From positions 1 through 50,097 of the IMG/VR virus record IMGVR_UViG_3300030393_000004: a DNA stretch of 50,097 nucleotides. One strand, written 5' to 3'. The stretch comes from a virus (Duplodnaviria > Caudoviricetes). The translations under genes were made by a program, and so were the position numbers. Position 1 is the stretch's first letter. Every line of letters begins with the position of its first letter. This document shows, piece by piece, positions 1 through 9,306 of this stretch. The notes under the pieces were generated by a model, which searched no databases, was not told where the DNA came from, and saw nothing but the letters and a program-made list of their open reading frames with translations.

Positions 1-12
1 GCAGATTTGAAC
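1..12. repeat. Left copy of 12-bp direct terminal repeat GCAGATTTGAAC (putative cos cohesive end)
   Basis: Identical to 50086-50097; lies upstream of lambda-type terminase genes in the circular map. Confidence 0.75.
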
Positions 13-57
13 GGCCTGCATTATGTGAGATTAATCACAGTACCTTTTATTTTTCAA

Positions 58-771
58 TCACTTACGCATCATCCTATCTATCTGGTACTGCATACGCTTC
101 ATATAAAACGTAGGCGCTGACTCATACGCTCGTGCTGTCGCTGGTGCTAGCCATGGCTTAGGTCTTGTGATCACAGCTCTGTGTTCTGTCTTGTATATGC
201 GGTCCAACTGGTATCGTTTCTTGTTGCCACGCACCTTGAATATGTTTGTCTCACCATTACGCTCTAACTCAATGAAACGTTTCTTAGTTTTGATAGCCTC
301 TTGAATAAGTGCCGCATTACGTTCACGTCTTGGCAGTTCTTTCATGCGCTTACTAGGCGATTTAAGCATATTCCTGCGATTAGGCTTGCGTACTGGCTTG
401 CGTCTAATGGTCTTACCTTGAGCCCCACCCTTGCGCTCCCCTGATGCCACTGGTGTTGGTATAGCCACTGCCCCTGTATATCTATCGGGTTGCGATACAA
501 ACCCTTCCTCTTGCTTAGCCATATACCCCAACGTCGATCCATACTCAGCAAACGGCTTTCCACGCTTAGCCCTATCCACTGGATTATTACGTGCTGACAA
601 AGTCCAATGGTTTCTTACCGTAAAATCACGCTCTATTTGCGCCCGTGCTTGCGTACGCGCTTCGAAAGCTAAATCATTGAGTGTTTGCTCGCTTGCTATT
701 TTAAAGCCCGTCTTATTGGCTCTCAGGAGCTTTAATTCAAGCTGCTTAAGTTCTCTTGTGTCTATGTCCAT
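58..771 (-). CDS. Basic protein, putative tail-completion/neck protein (lambda gpZ-like)
   Basis: 237-aa K/R-rich ORF; N-terminal LNDLAFEARTQARAQI..FTVR pattern resembles minor tail Z-like proteins; weak call. Confidence 0.45.
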   Translation of the reverse strand: MDIDTRELKQLELKLLRANKTGFKIASEQTLNDLAFEARTQARAQIERDFTVRNHWTLSARNNPVDRAKRGKPFAEYGSTLGYMAKQEEGFVSQPDRYTGAVAIPTPVASGERKGGAQGKTIRRKPVRKPNRRNMLKSPSKRMKELPRRERNAALIQEAIKTKKRFIELERNGETNIFKVRGNKKRYQLDRIYKTEHRAVITRPKPWLAPATARAYESAPTFYMKRMQYQIDRMMRK

Positions 772-808
772 AAAAAAGCCCCATCGTAGTGATAGGGCTA
801 GTTTAGCA
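772..808 (-). promoter_or_regulatory. Terminator-like hairpin directly before ATG with overlapping extended -10
   Basis: Minus strand TGC-TAAACT (808-800), stem GCCCTATC/GATGGGGC, then T6, then ATG. Confidence 0.55.
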
Positions 809-821
809 TTTACGCGACAGG

Positions 822-1694
822 CTAGAACTCCTCGTCGTCTTCACCGAAGTCAATGTCAGGGTCATTTGCTTCTGACATGTTGATTTGGTTGTCTAGGTCT
901 TTCTCGCTAACCTCCTCAAACTCTGCCTCTTCGACATCACTGTATGAGTTGATGCGGTCTTTGTGATGCTGTTTCATTTTAGATAGCTGAACTTTGTTGT
1001 TATCCCACAAGCCACTTGCTTCTAGTTTTTGACGGATATCACCACACACCTTATCAAGCGTTGATAGGTCGCCACACTCATCTAGATCAGCGCTAATGCT
1101 CTCAATATCAAACGCTGGTTTTTCTGGCGTAATATCTCGCGCCTGCGCTGGCTCGCTTTCTTTGATGCGGTCTGCTTCGTCGGGATCAACAATCTCGCTA
1201 ATACCAAAGGCCATGCGCGCCGCTTGAATGTAGGCTTTGTGACGTAACATGCGGCTAGGCCATTTATTCCAAACATCTGCACCATTGCCAGTCTTGCGAC
1301 ACTCAGCCAGATATTCAGTCACTGTTACTGGTCGAGTGCGGTTGGTTAGGTACATTCGGCAAGTGATGGCCGTTAGCTTGCCGTTTGCATCCATGTGATC
1401 ATCAAACTCAACACCATCAAACGTAGGCTGGCGGTTAACCATCTTGTACCAGCCGTCGATCATCACTGTAACTTGCAGTTTGCCACCAGATACGAAAGCG
1501 GCCATTTCTTTCACAAGCGGGTTTAGGTCGTACTTAGCCGCCACACCTGTCACGATAGCAAGCTCTGCATTGGTAGCTACTGAGCCATGTTGATTCTTGG
1601 CACTTACGATCATTCCGCTCAGTACTTCTTTGATTTCTTCTTGGCTTGCGCCTGTGTTTTGTGCCACTAGGGCTAGGGAGTTATTCGTGCTCAT
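822..1694 (-). CDS. bet: Phage recombination protein Bet/RecT-family ssDNA annealing protein
   Basis: LNPLVKE, IDGW, W..WPSRMLRHKAYIQAARMAFG motifs; acidic tail; near exonuclease. Confidence 0.9.
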   Translation of the reverse strand: MSTNNSLALVAQNTGASQEEIKEVLSGMIVSAKNQHGSVATNAELAIVTGVAAKYDLNPLVKEMAAFVSGGKLQVTVMIDGWYKMVNRQPTFDGVEFDDHMDANGKLTAITCRMYLTNRTRPVTVTEYLAECRKTGNGADVWNKWPSRMLRHKAYIQAARMAFGISEIVDPDEADRIKESEPAQARDITPEKPAFDIESISADLDECGDLSTLDKVCGDIRQKLEASGLWDNNKVQLSKMKQHHKDRINSYSDVEEAEFEEVSEKDLDNQINMSEANDPDIDFGEDDEEF

Positions 1695-1742
1695 GGTTTT
1701 GATTCCTGTTTTTATGCCCCACGGAATGCAGGGCGTATTGGT

Positions 1743-1928
1743 TTATTGTTCAGTTGTGATTGAAATGGTATGTGGTCCAATATTGATATTCTCTATACCG
1801 ACATCGTCCATCATGATGGCAGTTGTCATTGCAAAGCCTCCGATTATTGTTTCTACGTTTAAATGATCAAAACCTTCGACCTGCTGCGCTAGCTCCATCA
1901 ACTTCTGTGAAAATTCTTGGTGATTCAT
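1743..1928 (-). CDS. Small hypothetical protein
   Basis: 61-aa ORF with AAACAGGA RBS. Confidence 0.7.
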   Translation of the reverse strand: MNHQEFSQKLMELAQQVEGFDHLNVETIIGGFAMTTAIMMDDVGIENINIGPHTISITTEQ

Positions 1929-1945
1929 AATTATGTCCTGTTTAA

Positions 1946-1993
1946 TTATCTAATAATCTTGCTCAAATCGAGCTCTTCAATGTCTAGTCCGCT
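1946..1993 (-). pseudogene. Orphaned alternative 3' end of the exonuclease gene
   Basis: Translates SGLDIEELDLSKIIR*, matching current exonuclease end CGLDVEKLFIPEYLLRR*. Confidence 0.7.
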
Positions 1994-2747
1994 ATCTAGC
2001 CGACTCAATAATTTTAACCACGTTTGGATAGATTCTGGTGTCGATCTCATCCATTTCGATCTTTCTTTCCAGCGCTAATCCAAGTTTATATTTCTTCCAT
2101 GCTTGGTGTGCCGTTTCTGGGCTTTCATAAAGCCCAAGCTGCTTACGCTTAGCGTTTTCATTGCAATAAGCTTCAAACTTATTTTTCTGCTTCGAGAAGC
2201 TAACGCCTATAGGGTAGTCGCCCCTATCAGCGCCTCTTGCAACAGTAAATAAATTAAGCCATTGAGGAACAAGAGCGCAAGTTTCAGGTGAGTAGTGTTT
2301 GTTCCCATGAATTATTAAGTCCTTGTCCAGTTGATACTTTTCACCTTTATTGTTTTCATAAAACCATTTGGCAAACACCTGATAACTAAGCCAAGACTCA
2401 TCAACTGTGCACTTAATGTAAGTTGGTTGTCTTGACTTGTAATCATCACTAAAGCATCTGAAAAGCATGTTCGTCCAAGCTCTGTATGCCGGATCTCTTT
2501 TCCCGCTCTTCGTGGCAAAGAATTTACCTTCTCCAATAAAACCAACACCACAAACAACTGGTTTTTTCTTGTCCTTGACGCTTCCCTTCCTTATATTTCC
2601 AGCGCTAGCTGTTGTTTCGTATCCAGTTTTATCAAATTTTACTTTTATTTCGTATGAGTCAATAACATCTAAAACAGTAAGCATTCCAGATGAATTGGTT
2701 TCATGCTTAGAGCCTATTTTTATGTCGTTTGGTAATGGTAGTGGCAT
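1992..2747 (-). CDS. Free-standing HNH-like homing endonuclease with AP2-like C-terminus
   Basis: W..ML.RC, CTVDESW..F..W, LDKD....GNK.YSPETC motifs; C-terminal GVSFSK..KFEAY..LGLY.SPE.A..A. Confidence 0.75.
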   Translation of the reverse strand: MPLPLPNDIKIGSKHETNSSGMLTVLDVIDSYEIKVKFDKTGYETTASAGNIRKGSVKDKKKPVVCGVGFIGEGKFFATKSGKRDPAYRAWTNMLFRCFSDDYKSRQPTYIKCTVDESWLSYQVFAKWFYENNKGEKYQLDKDLIIHGNKHYSPETCALVPQWLNLFTVARGADRGDYPIGVSFSKQKNKFEAYCNENAKRKQLGLYESPETAHQAWKKYKLGLALERKIEMDEIDTRIYPNVVKIIESAR

Positions 2748-2777
2748 TATATTTACCTGCTTTGCACGTTTATCTGC

Positions 2778-2806
2778 ATTATACTTAAATACTACCTTCT
2801 AAGCAA
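2778..2806 (-). promoter_or_regulatory. Sigma70-like promoter for the HNH gene
   Basis: TTGCTT-N17-TATAAT; -35 lies in the last codons of the exonuclease gene. Confidence 0.65.
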
Positions 2807-3589
2807 GTACTCAGGAATAAAAAGCTTTTCAACATCAAGGCCGCAACCAAATTCTGAATACTCCCTAACCAGCTCAAGATCAGCAAGGTAATCACTCCTG
2901 CCAACATCAACTACACGATCAGGAAGCTCCCACACTCTGACAGGGTGGCGACCTATTGCTCTTTTCTCTCCAACGACAATGAAAATAAATCTAGGCTTAT
3001 GGCCTGAATATTGCTCATAGATATCAGAATAATAGGCTTGCTGGACGTTGTATCTAAATCCCATAACAGACTTTGCAAATTCGTCTATCGAGGCGCATTT
3101 CTTCACATCAACCAATATATGTTGATTAAACACCTCAGGGTCAACAATCCGGTCTGGTCGGCACTTAACGCGCATGCTGTTGATTTCACCAAATATTGAT
3201 GCCTCGCTAATGCCTTTAGATGTTAGCAGCATGTTGGCGACAGGGTGTGCCAGTACGCTGTCGCGCATTGCGATAACAGTGTCGGCGGTCACTGCATCAA
3301 GTATTATTTTGTCACCAACATTGCGAGTAAACGCATCTGCGCTTTCCTTGCCTGACTTGCTGGTGCCAAACTCTGGCATTTTCACATACTCACGCTTGAA
3401 CGCATCAGGCTCAAGCAACGCGCAGTGAATATGCGTACCAAGATCAACCGACTCGCTACCCGGTGCAGGATTGTTTTTATTCCACTCAAGCAAGGCGACA
3501 GAGTCATGTGCTAGGTCTAGCTCACTTTTTGAGATGCCTTTTTGTGCGCGGTACTCATCGTTTGTTAGTGCTGTTGTTAGGTTAGCCAT
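2792..3589 (-). CDS. RecE/ExoVIII-like PD-(D/E)XK exonuclease (DUF3799-like)
   Basis: GISKSEL, GTHIHCALLEP, KCRPD, VDVKK, YNVQQAYY motifs; ATG 3589 or GTG 3604 start. Confidence 0.85.
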   Translation of the reverse strand: MANLTTALTNDEYRAQKGISKSELDLAHDSVALLEWNKNNPAPGSESVDLGTHIHCALLEPDAFKREYVKMPEFGTSKSGKESADAFTRNVGDKIILDAVTADTVIAMRDSVLAHPVANMLLTSKGISEASIFGEINSMRVKCRPDRIVDPEVFNQHILVDVKKCASIDEFAKSVMGFRYNVQQAYYSDIYEQYSGHKPRFIFIVVGEKRAIGRHPVRVWELPDRVVDVGRSDYLADLELVREYSEFGCGLDVEKLFIPEYLLRR

Positions 3590-3627
3590 GGTTATTACGG
3601 CCACCTAAGCAGCCGCCCCGTAGTTGG

Positions 3628-4830
3628 TTAGTAATAAATACGAATATCAGGAAGTTCACCTTTAGCAATCGCGGTGATCACCTTCTTGCCATCCTCTTCA
3701 CTGATACCCATAGCCAGCAATACAGCCAAGTTGCGACGGTTCACCGTTGTGCGGTGCTTTTTGTTGGCTTCGCGCTCTTTCGCTAGTCGTTCAGTTTCTT
3801 TCTGCTCGTCTTCGATGGCTTTACGCTCTGCTGCTGCTGCCTCATCGGCTTGGCGTTGTGCGGCTGCTTCTGCGTCTTTTTTGGCTTGTGCCTCGCGGTC
3901 AATGCGTTGCTGTTCGGCTTTGGCTTCGTCTTCCGTCACTTTCTGAATGGTTACATCCAACTGAGCAACAACACGCGCTTTAACTTGCTCTGCTTCTTGC
4001 TGTAGTGGGTGCCAAGATCCATCAATCACGACTGCTTCAATTTTGGCTTTTTGAGTTACGTAGTAGCTAACAGGGAATACATTGCCGTTGTTATCCACCC
4101 AATCATAATTAAGCTCTGCATTGATTCGGTTCTGTGCTGCATTTAGCGCGTTAGCTGCTGCCTTGGCTTGCTCCTGTTTGCGCGCCTCTTCGGCTGCTTG
4201 GCGTGCTTTCTCTTCATCTTCACGCGCTTTGGCTTCGTCTTGCAGTCTTTTGAGCTCTGCCGCCTGCGCTTCTGTCGCTTCCACTCGCTCAAGTGTTACG
4301 CGGGCTGTGGTCAGTGCATTTTCTTGTGCGACTTTGAACTTCTTTTTGAGTTCAGGCCATACGCTGTTTAGATCGAATGATTCCGCGTATTCAATAAATC
4401 CCTTTAATTCATCAGATGTGACGCCAGGAATTGCACAAGTAACCGGTATTTGATTCAATTCTTCTAGCCAAGCGTTTTGTTCTGCTTGCGCCTCTTCCAG
4501 CGGCTTCAGGATATCCGCACGCAGCTTAGTGAACTTTTCTTTGTTCTCTTTCGCGATCGCTTCAATCAACTTCGGCTGCTTCTTGATATCGCGAAGGTAG
4601 TCACGCATCGGTGAATCGACTTCTGAGAGCTTTTTATTGATTTCAGCACCTAGCGCCTTAATTCGCTTTCTTCCCTCCTCAGAATCGATTTGAGGCACCT
4701 CTGCGTTGATTTCTGCGCTGTATGTGTCGAAGTTATTCTCAAGGAACGACTTAACTGTGTCGATACCACCAGATTTAAACTCTGTGATGATGAATGTTTC
4801 TGTAGTGCCTGTGTTATTTTCTGTTGTCAT
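3628..4830 (-). CDS. Coiled-coil protein of the recombination module
   Basis: 400 aa, A/E/K/Q-rich helical centre, ACAGGAC RBS. Confidence 0.75.
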   Translation of the reverse strand: MTTENNTGTTETFIITEFKSGGIDTVKSFLENNFDTYSAEINAEVPQIDSEEGRKRIKALGAEINKKLSEVDSPMRDYLRDIKKQPKLIEAIAKENKEKFTKLRADILKPLEEAQAEQNAWLEELNQIPVTCAIPGVTSDELKGFIEYAESFDLNSVWPELKKKFKVAQENALTTARVTLERVEATEAQAAELKRLQDEAKAREDEEKARQAAEEARKQEQAKAAANALNAAQNRINAELNYDWVDNNGNVFPVSYYVTQKAKIEAVVIDGSWHPLQQEAEQVKARVVAQLDVTIQKVTEDEAKAEQQRIDREAQAKKDAEAAAQRQADEAAAAERKAIEDEQKETERLAKEREANKKHRTTVNRRNLAVLLAMGISEEDGKKVITAIAKGELPDIRIYY

Positions 4831-4834
4831 GGTG

Positions 4835-5158
4835 TTAGTCCTGTTTGGTTGTTAGATCTTCAAGCCTTTCTAGAGCTTTATTAATGTCGGCTGTCATCCT
4901 GAAAGTTGTACGGGTTTGAGGTGCCTTGTTTTTGCATATCGGCTCTATGAAATTAAAATCCCATAACCATTCAAAAACCCATTCCGACGGATTGTAAATT
5001 ACTTTCTTGAGTTCAATTCTATTCTTGTTTCTGTGAGTGAATGTTTTTATTCCCTCGCAAGTTCTACTTCCTTCATCAAATCTGAGTAAAATATCCTTAG
5101 CCAGTTCGACTCCTTCTTTAGTGCTCATTATCTTATTTTTGATGCTCTGATTCGACAT
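4835..5158 (-). CDS. Hypothetical protein (AT-rich insert)
   Basis: ORF from ATG 5158 (or 5128); its last codons CAG GAC TAA form the RBS of the next gene. Confidence 0.6.
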   Translation of the reverse strand: MSNQSIKNKIMSTKEGVELAKDILLRFDEGSRTCEGIKTFTHRNKNRIELKKVIYNPSEWVFEWLWDFNFIEPICKNKAPQTRTTFRMTADINKALERLEDLTTKQD

Positions 5159-5579
5159 AGTTGTTCGCCTTTTCAGTATCAAGTTTGATTTGATTTGAAT
5201 TTCTAACTGCAATCCCATCGGTAACTAGTGAAGATACAACTTCGTTTGCCACGTTAGCGCCACGTTGATTGCACATTGCACGAAGGGTTTGAAAGTACTT
5301 GCGATGCTTGATTACATTGAAAATCTGAGAAGTATAAACAAGCTCATAATCTCCTTCGTCTGCACATCTCAAGTCACGGCTTAATCGAATGTAAGTCTTG
5401 ATAAATGCAACCTTCGATTTAACCAAGAACTCTCGCTCAATCTCTTCGTGGTCTCTTACCAGCAAAACGCTTCTTATGATCTCCGCAAGCTCCTTGCCGT
5501 TCTTAGGGACTTCTAGACGACCATCCTCTGCCATTGAAATCATTTCGATTTGCTTCTTGTTGATGTTATTCGTGTACAT
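5133..5579 (-). CDS. Stand-alone paralog of the primase-helicase C-terminal (putative winged-helix) domain
   Basis: AAGGAG RBS; residues 82-127 align without gaps to the primase C-terminus (see findings). Confidence 0.7.
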   Translation of the reverse strand: MYTNNINKKQIEMISMAEDGRLEVPKNGKELAEIIRSVLLVRDHEEIEREFLVKSKVAFIKTYIRLSRDLRCADEGDYELVYTSQIFNVIKHRKYFQTLRAMCNQRGANVANEVVSSLVTDGIAVRNSNQIKLDTEKANNYVESEHQK

Positions 5580-5639
5580 ATGAACTCCTTCAGGTCAGTG
5601 AGAATAGATTAGCAGTATTTATCAGGAAAAACAACCATT

Positions 5640-6000
5640 ATATTGAAAATAATTACATCGACACTTCCCCGCACGGTTTTTGTAATTTGTCGTAAAGTTA
5701 TACTTTTTTATCACCCCATAATACAAAAACTCCATCACCCCTAAGTTCTTGTTTCTTCTACTTTTTACTATAGTAAGTAAATAGATCATTTATTATTTAT
5801 AGTAAAAATAAAAGAAAGGGATAATATTTTTAGTAGGAAATAGACTCTTTTTTATAGCTAAGCGATTCTATAAGGAAATAGGGGCAGGAGCGTTAAAAAA
5901 CCACAAAAAAACATAAACTCTTTAAAAACAATGACTTGCGGTTTTTGTTGTGTTTTGTACTTTCAATATCAAAAAGTGATAAAAAGCACATTAATATCAA
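5640..6000. other. Putative replication origin
   Basis: Largest non-coding stretch, very AT-rich, nested inverted repeats (5762-5772/5798-5808; TTTTTATCAC/GTGATAAAAA), directly downstream of the primase-helicase. Confidence 0.6.
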
Positions 6001-6065
6001 TTGCTCACCTTTTTGCTGCTTGTTTATGTAAATGCTGTACGTGCGATTTATTTGTGAACTTGCAC

Positions 6066-6089
6066 AAAAAAGCCCTCAAATAGAGGGCT
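6066..6089 (-). terminator. Intrinsic terminator after primase-helicase
   Basis: GCCCTC/GAGGGC stem plus T-run on minus strand. Confidence 0.75.
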
Positions 6090-6113
6090 ATGTTATCGAT
6101 TGGAGGTGCCGAT

Positions 6114-8882
6114 TTAAGGCCACTTTCGTTTAACCTGCTTGTCGTTCTCAGGGTTGCGAATGACGCGACCCTCACCCATTAGCACAGCTAGCGCGTTCTC
6201 CATTGCGTCTTGACCATGCTCAAGCAGCTCTTTTGATATCTCCTGGTAATACTTCTGGCGCTTAAGGTAGTTCTTAAGCTCAGACTTATAACGCCATCCG
6301 TCGCGCTCATCCTTCTTGGACACAGACAGTCTCTTGATGATGGCCTCTTTAATGCCTTCAAGCTTATCTTCCACCGTGGCACCGTCTACCGCTTCGTTAA
6401 CGCGTAAGTTACTGCTTAAGTGATCGACAGAAGCAAGCGCAAGTTTAATGGCGTACATCACGTACTCCTCTTCAATAACCAACTCACCGTTAACTAGGTT
6501 ATCCATCGCCAAGATAGAAGCAACAGACATCACACGTTCAGGCAAACGCGCATAGATAGCGCCTAATCGGTTGTGATTGATGTAGTGATACTGATCGTAA
6601 TGGCATGACACGTCATACATCAGTTTGTACGCTTCTGGCGTCGCGGTCATTTTGTATTCGTGCCCGTTAAACTCAGCATCGATTTTCTTCTGGCTTGTGT
6701 CGCTAGCCATCTGAGCTATGGCACCAATGCGCGCCTTTAGTTTCTGCAGCTCGATTTCGGTTTGTCTTTCGTCGTGTGACTTCTTGCCCCACAAATCAAA
6801 GTTGCGGTGCGTTCTCTCTGAGCCGCAGTCGAAGATGAAACCACGACCCAAGAAGCCAGACTCAATCGCGTCCTCATCAATGATAGCTGCAAGTTTTTTA
6901 GGTGTAGACAAGGCGATCAGGTTTAAGCATGGATCTTTAATTCCGCTTTCCAGACCTTCCATCATGCCTTGAAGTTTGTTGATCTCAACTTGGATTTTCT
7001 CAAGCTCTGCTTCTGCCTTTTCAATCTTTGGTTTTTCAATCTCTGGGTGATAACCAAGTTTGATATCCTCTTTTGCTAGTACCTGCTTTTCAAGTCGGCT
7101 AATACGGTGCATCATTTGCCCTTGGAATTCATCAAGGTGCAAGCGTGAGATTGGCATTAGTGAAGTAGTAGCCAACTCCATTAGTGTGGCTGGAATGTTC
7201 GCGCTGTGCTTCTCTTGCTTTGAATTTGCCGCCAATAATGAATGTGCCTCATCTTTGATATAGAAACAGCGGCCATTATCGTAAACGGCAGAGCGTATAA
7301 CGTCCTTGTCAGAACGGATATCGCCATACACTTTGATACCACTTGAGGCTAGGATTTCCTTGATAACCTTCTGCGGCCACTCTTTACCACCAGCTGACAA
7401 GCCAAGAATAATGGTGATCATACTTGTCTTGGTTCCCATGAACCCACTTATACCAGCGCCAGCCATAGCTAGGCACTGCAAAGCCATTGCAGCATAAGCG
7501 CCGCCTTCCAACTCTCGGTGCGCGCCTTTCTTCATGAAGTCGACAATATCACCCGCAATTGCTGGTGGCGTATCTAGGTCGATGTGATCTAGATTGATGT
7601 CATTCGGCAAGTCTTCGACTGTCTTTGGTCGGTTTGGGTTTTTAATTGCTGGCTGTGGCGCCGGCGCTGCATTTAACCACGAACCAAACGCGGGTGGTGG
7701 TGCTGGCTCAGTTATAGGTGCTACAAAAGCCGCCTTGAACTGTTCTTCTTTCGCTTGTGGTGTTGAATCCACAACAACAGGCTTAACCACTGGCGCTTTA
7801 ATGTTCCCTAACTCTTTCTTAACCATATCGCGAAGCGTGGCTTTTAATGCATCCATACCATGCGCCTGTCGGTAGTCGTCCCAATCGCCATTTGTTTCAA
7901 TATCCATATCAGGAATAACCACACCCGCACCATAAGCTGCAGCTGCTTCGTTTGCGTAGTATTCACCCGGTCGTCGGTTGTGGTTTTCGTCTAACTTATC
8001 ATGATCACCAAAAATGATAACGCTCGAATCTGGGTGGTCGCCTTTGGCCTGTTTAACCGCTGCAGCTAGGTTGCCCGTGTTAAACGAAACATAGGTCTTC
8101 CACTTGGTTGCTTGGTTGATTGTCACGCCAGTTGCGAACCCTTCAGCAATAGCAATATTCTTTGTGGCACCGTCAATAACATGGTGAACGCCTTGCATGT
8201 CTCCACCAAACAACGGGCGCTTTTTGCCGTCTTCGGTGATCTTCTGTACGTTAACGAGTTCGCCGGACTTATAAACTGGCACCAGTAAAAGCTCACCAGG
8301 CTGCGTGATACCTTCGCGGCTCATCATTGGCTCTCCATTCACCAACCATTCACCAGAAAGCCCCTTGCTATCCATGTAGGCATGGCTTGCGCGTATCGCC
8401 GCGTCAACCATAAGCTTTGCGCCTTTCTTCGCTTGCTCGATGTTCGCTGCGCGTACTTCGTCATGGTTCACGGTATGGATGCGTTTTGGCGCAATGCTTC
8501 GGTGTAGATCGTCACCAACTAGCTCTTTTGCTGTTGCCATGGTTGTCTTGCCTAGATACATGGACAGCAGCTTTAAACCGCCGCCGCTTTGCTCTGGACA
8601 CTGCGAGCAATACCATGTGCCTAAGCCGTTTTTGTCGTCAAAGCGAAATCGGTCTTTACCACCGCAAACAGGGCAAGCGCCGTGCTTTTTATTGCTTGGC
8701 AGTTTTACGCTGTAGTTTTCAAGAACCGTTCGCCATTGACCTTGGAATTGAACCAAAGCTTTGTCGATCGGCGTGTCGCCATTGCTTTGGTATTGAAACT
8801 GGACGTTGCACCCGCAGTCTATCGGATCTGCTAGGCTTTTTCGTGTTGTGTGTCCACATGACAGTATTAGTGGGAATTTCAT
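6114..8882 (-). CDS. P4-alpha-like DNA primase-helicase
   Basis: Zn ribbon CPVCGGKDRFRFDD..GTWYCSQC; TOPRIM AEGFATG/GDHD/GDWDD; Pro-rich linker; P-loop-like GLSAGGKE and KDE; likely start ATG 8882. Confidence 0.88.
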   Translation of the reverse strand: MKFPLILSCGHTTRKSLADPIDCGCNVQFQYQSNGDTPIDKALVQFQGQWRTVLENYSVKLPSNKKHGACPVCGGKDRFRFDDKNGLGTWYCSQCPEQSGGGLKLLSMYLGKTTMATAKELVGDDLHRSIAPKRIHTVNHDEVRAANIEQAKKGAKLMVDAAIRASHAYMDSKGLSGEWLVNGEPMMSREGITQPGELLLVPVYKSGELVNVQKITEDGKKRPLFGGDMQGVHHVIDGATKNIAIAEGFATGVTINQATKWKTYVSFNTGNLAAAVKQAKGDHPDSSVIIFGDHDKLDENHNRRPGEYYANEAAAAYGAGVVIPDMDIETNGDWDDYRQAHGMDALKATLRDMVKKELGNIKAPVVKPVVVDSTPQAKEEQFKAAFVAPITEPAPPPAFGSWLNAAPAPQPAIKNPNRPKTVEDLPNDINLDHIDLDTPPAIAGDIVDFMKKGAHRELEGGAYAAMALQCLAMAGAGISGFMGTKTSMITIILGLSAGGKEWPQKVIKEILASSGIKVYGDIRSDKDVIRSAVYDNGRCFYIKDEAHSLLAANSKQEKHSANIPATLMELATTSLMPISRLHLDEFQGQMMHRISRLEKQVLAKEDIKLGYHPEIEKPKIEKAEAELEKIQVEINKLQGMMEGLESGIKDPCLNLIALSTPKKLAAIIDEDAIESGFLGRGFIFDCGSERTHRNFDLWGKKSHDERQTEIELQKLKARIGAIAQMASDTSQKKIDAEFNGHEYKMTATPEAYKLMYDVSCHYDQYHYINHNRLGAIYARLPERVMSVASILAMDNLVNGELVIEEEYVMYAIKLALASVDHLSSNLRVNEAVDGATVEDKLEGIKEAIIKRLSVSKKDERDGWRYKSELKNYLKRQKYYQEISKELLEHGQDAMENALAVLMGEGRVIRNPENDKQVKRKWP

Positions 8883-8917
8883 TATTGTATGCCTTGTGCC
8901 TGTTGTTTTGGTAGTTG

Positions 8918-9118
8918 TTACTCGCCCCAAGCGATAAACGCTGAAACCTTAACGTTGAATAACTTAGCTAGCTTTTCGATATCTGAAAATTTTGGCTCTG
9001 CTTTATTGTTCATCCAGTAACTTACTGTCTGCGGCGTCTTATCTACGCACTTGATAACGTCTTGAGTCGACAGCTCAGCAGTGGCTAGACCTACTCGAAT
9101 TGATTTTGCAATGTTCAT
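8918..9118 (-). CDS. Cro/CI-type (XRE) HTH regulator
   Basis: LSTQDV...TPQTVSYWMNNKAEPKFSDIEKLAKLFNV pattern; AAGG RBS before ATG 9118. Confidence 0.85.
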   Translation of the reverse strand: MNIAKSIRVGLATAELSTQDVIKCVDKTPQTVSYWMNNKAEPKFSDIEKLAKLFNVKVSAFIAWGE

Positions 9119-9168
9119 ATATAGTACCTTATGTGTGCGCACCATCGCGCATTGGCTAATTTTCGTTA

Positions 9169-9197
9169 AACTTAAACTAACTGATGATTAAAGTCAA
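9169..9197 (-). promoter_or_regulatory. Leftward sigma70-like promoter
   Basis: TTGACT-N17-TAAGTT. Confidence 0.6.
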
Positions 9198-9222
9198 TCT
9201 TTAACTTTTTAAACAAAAGTTG

Positions 9223-9252
9223 TTGACTTAGGTTTTTGGGTGGGCTTATACT
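9223..9252 (+). promoter_or_regulatory. Rightward sigma70-like promoter, divergent partner
   Basis: TTGACT-N18-TATACT with A/T-rich upstream region. Confidence 0.65.
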
Positions 9253-9306
9253 TCATCACATCAACGGCACAGAGCCGAAACAAACAATCAAAACGGAGTA
9301 ACACCA

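Noticed and set aside
8918-9260. CI/Cro lysogeny switch
   Set aside because: Only one short HTH gene with no peptidase domain; the divergent gene is SSB-like; no integrase
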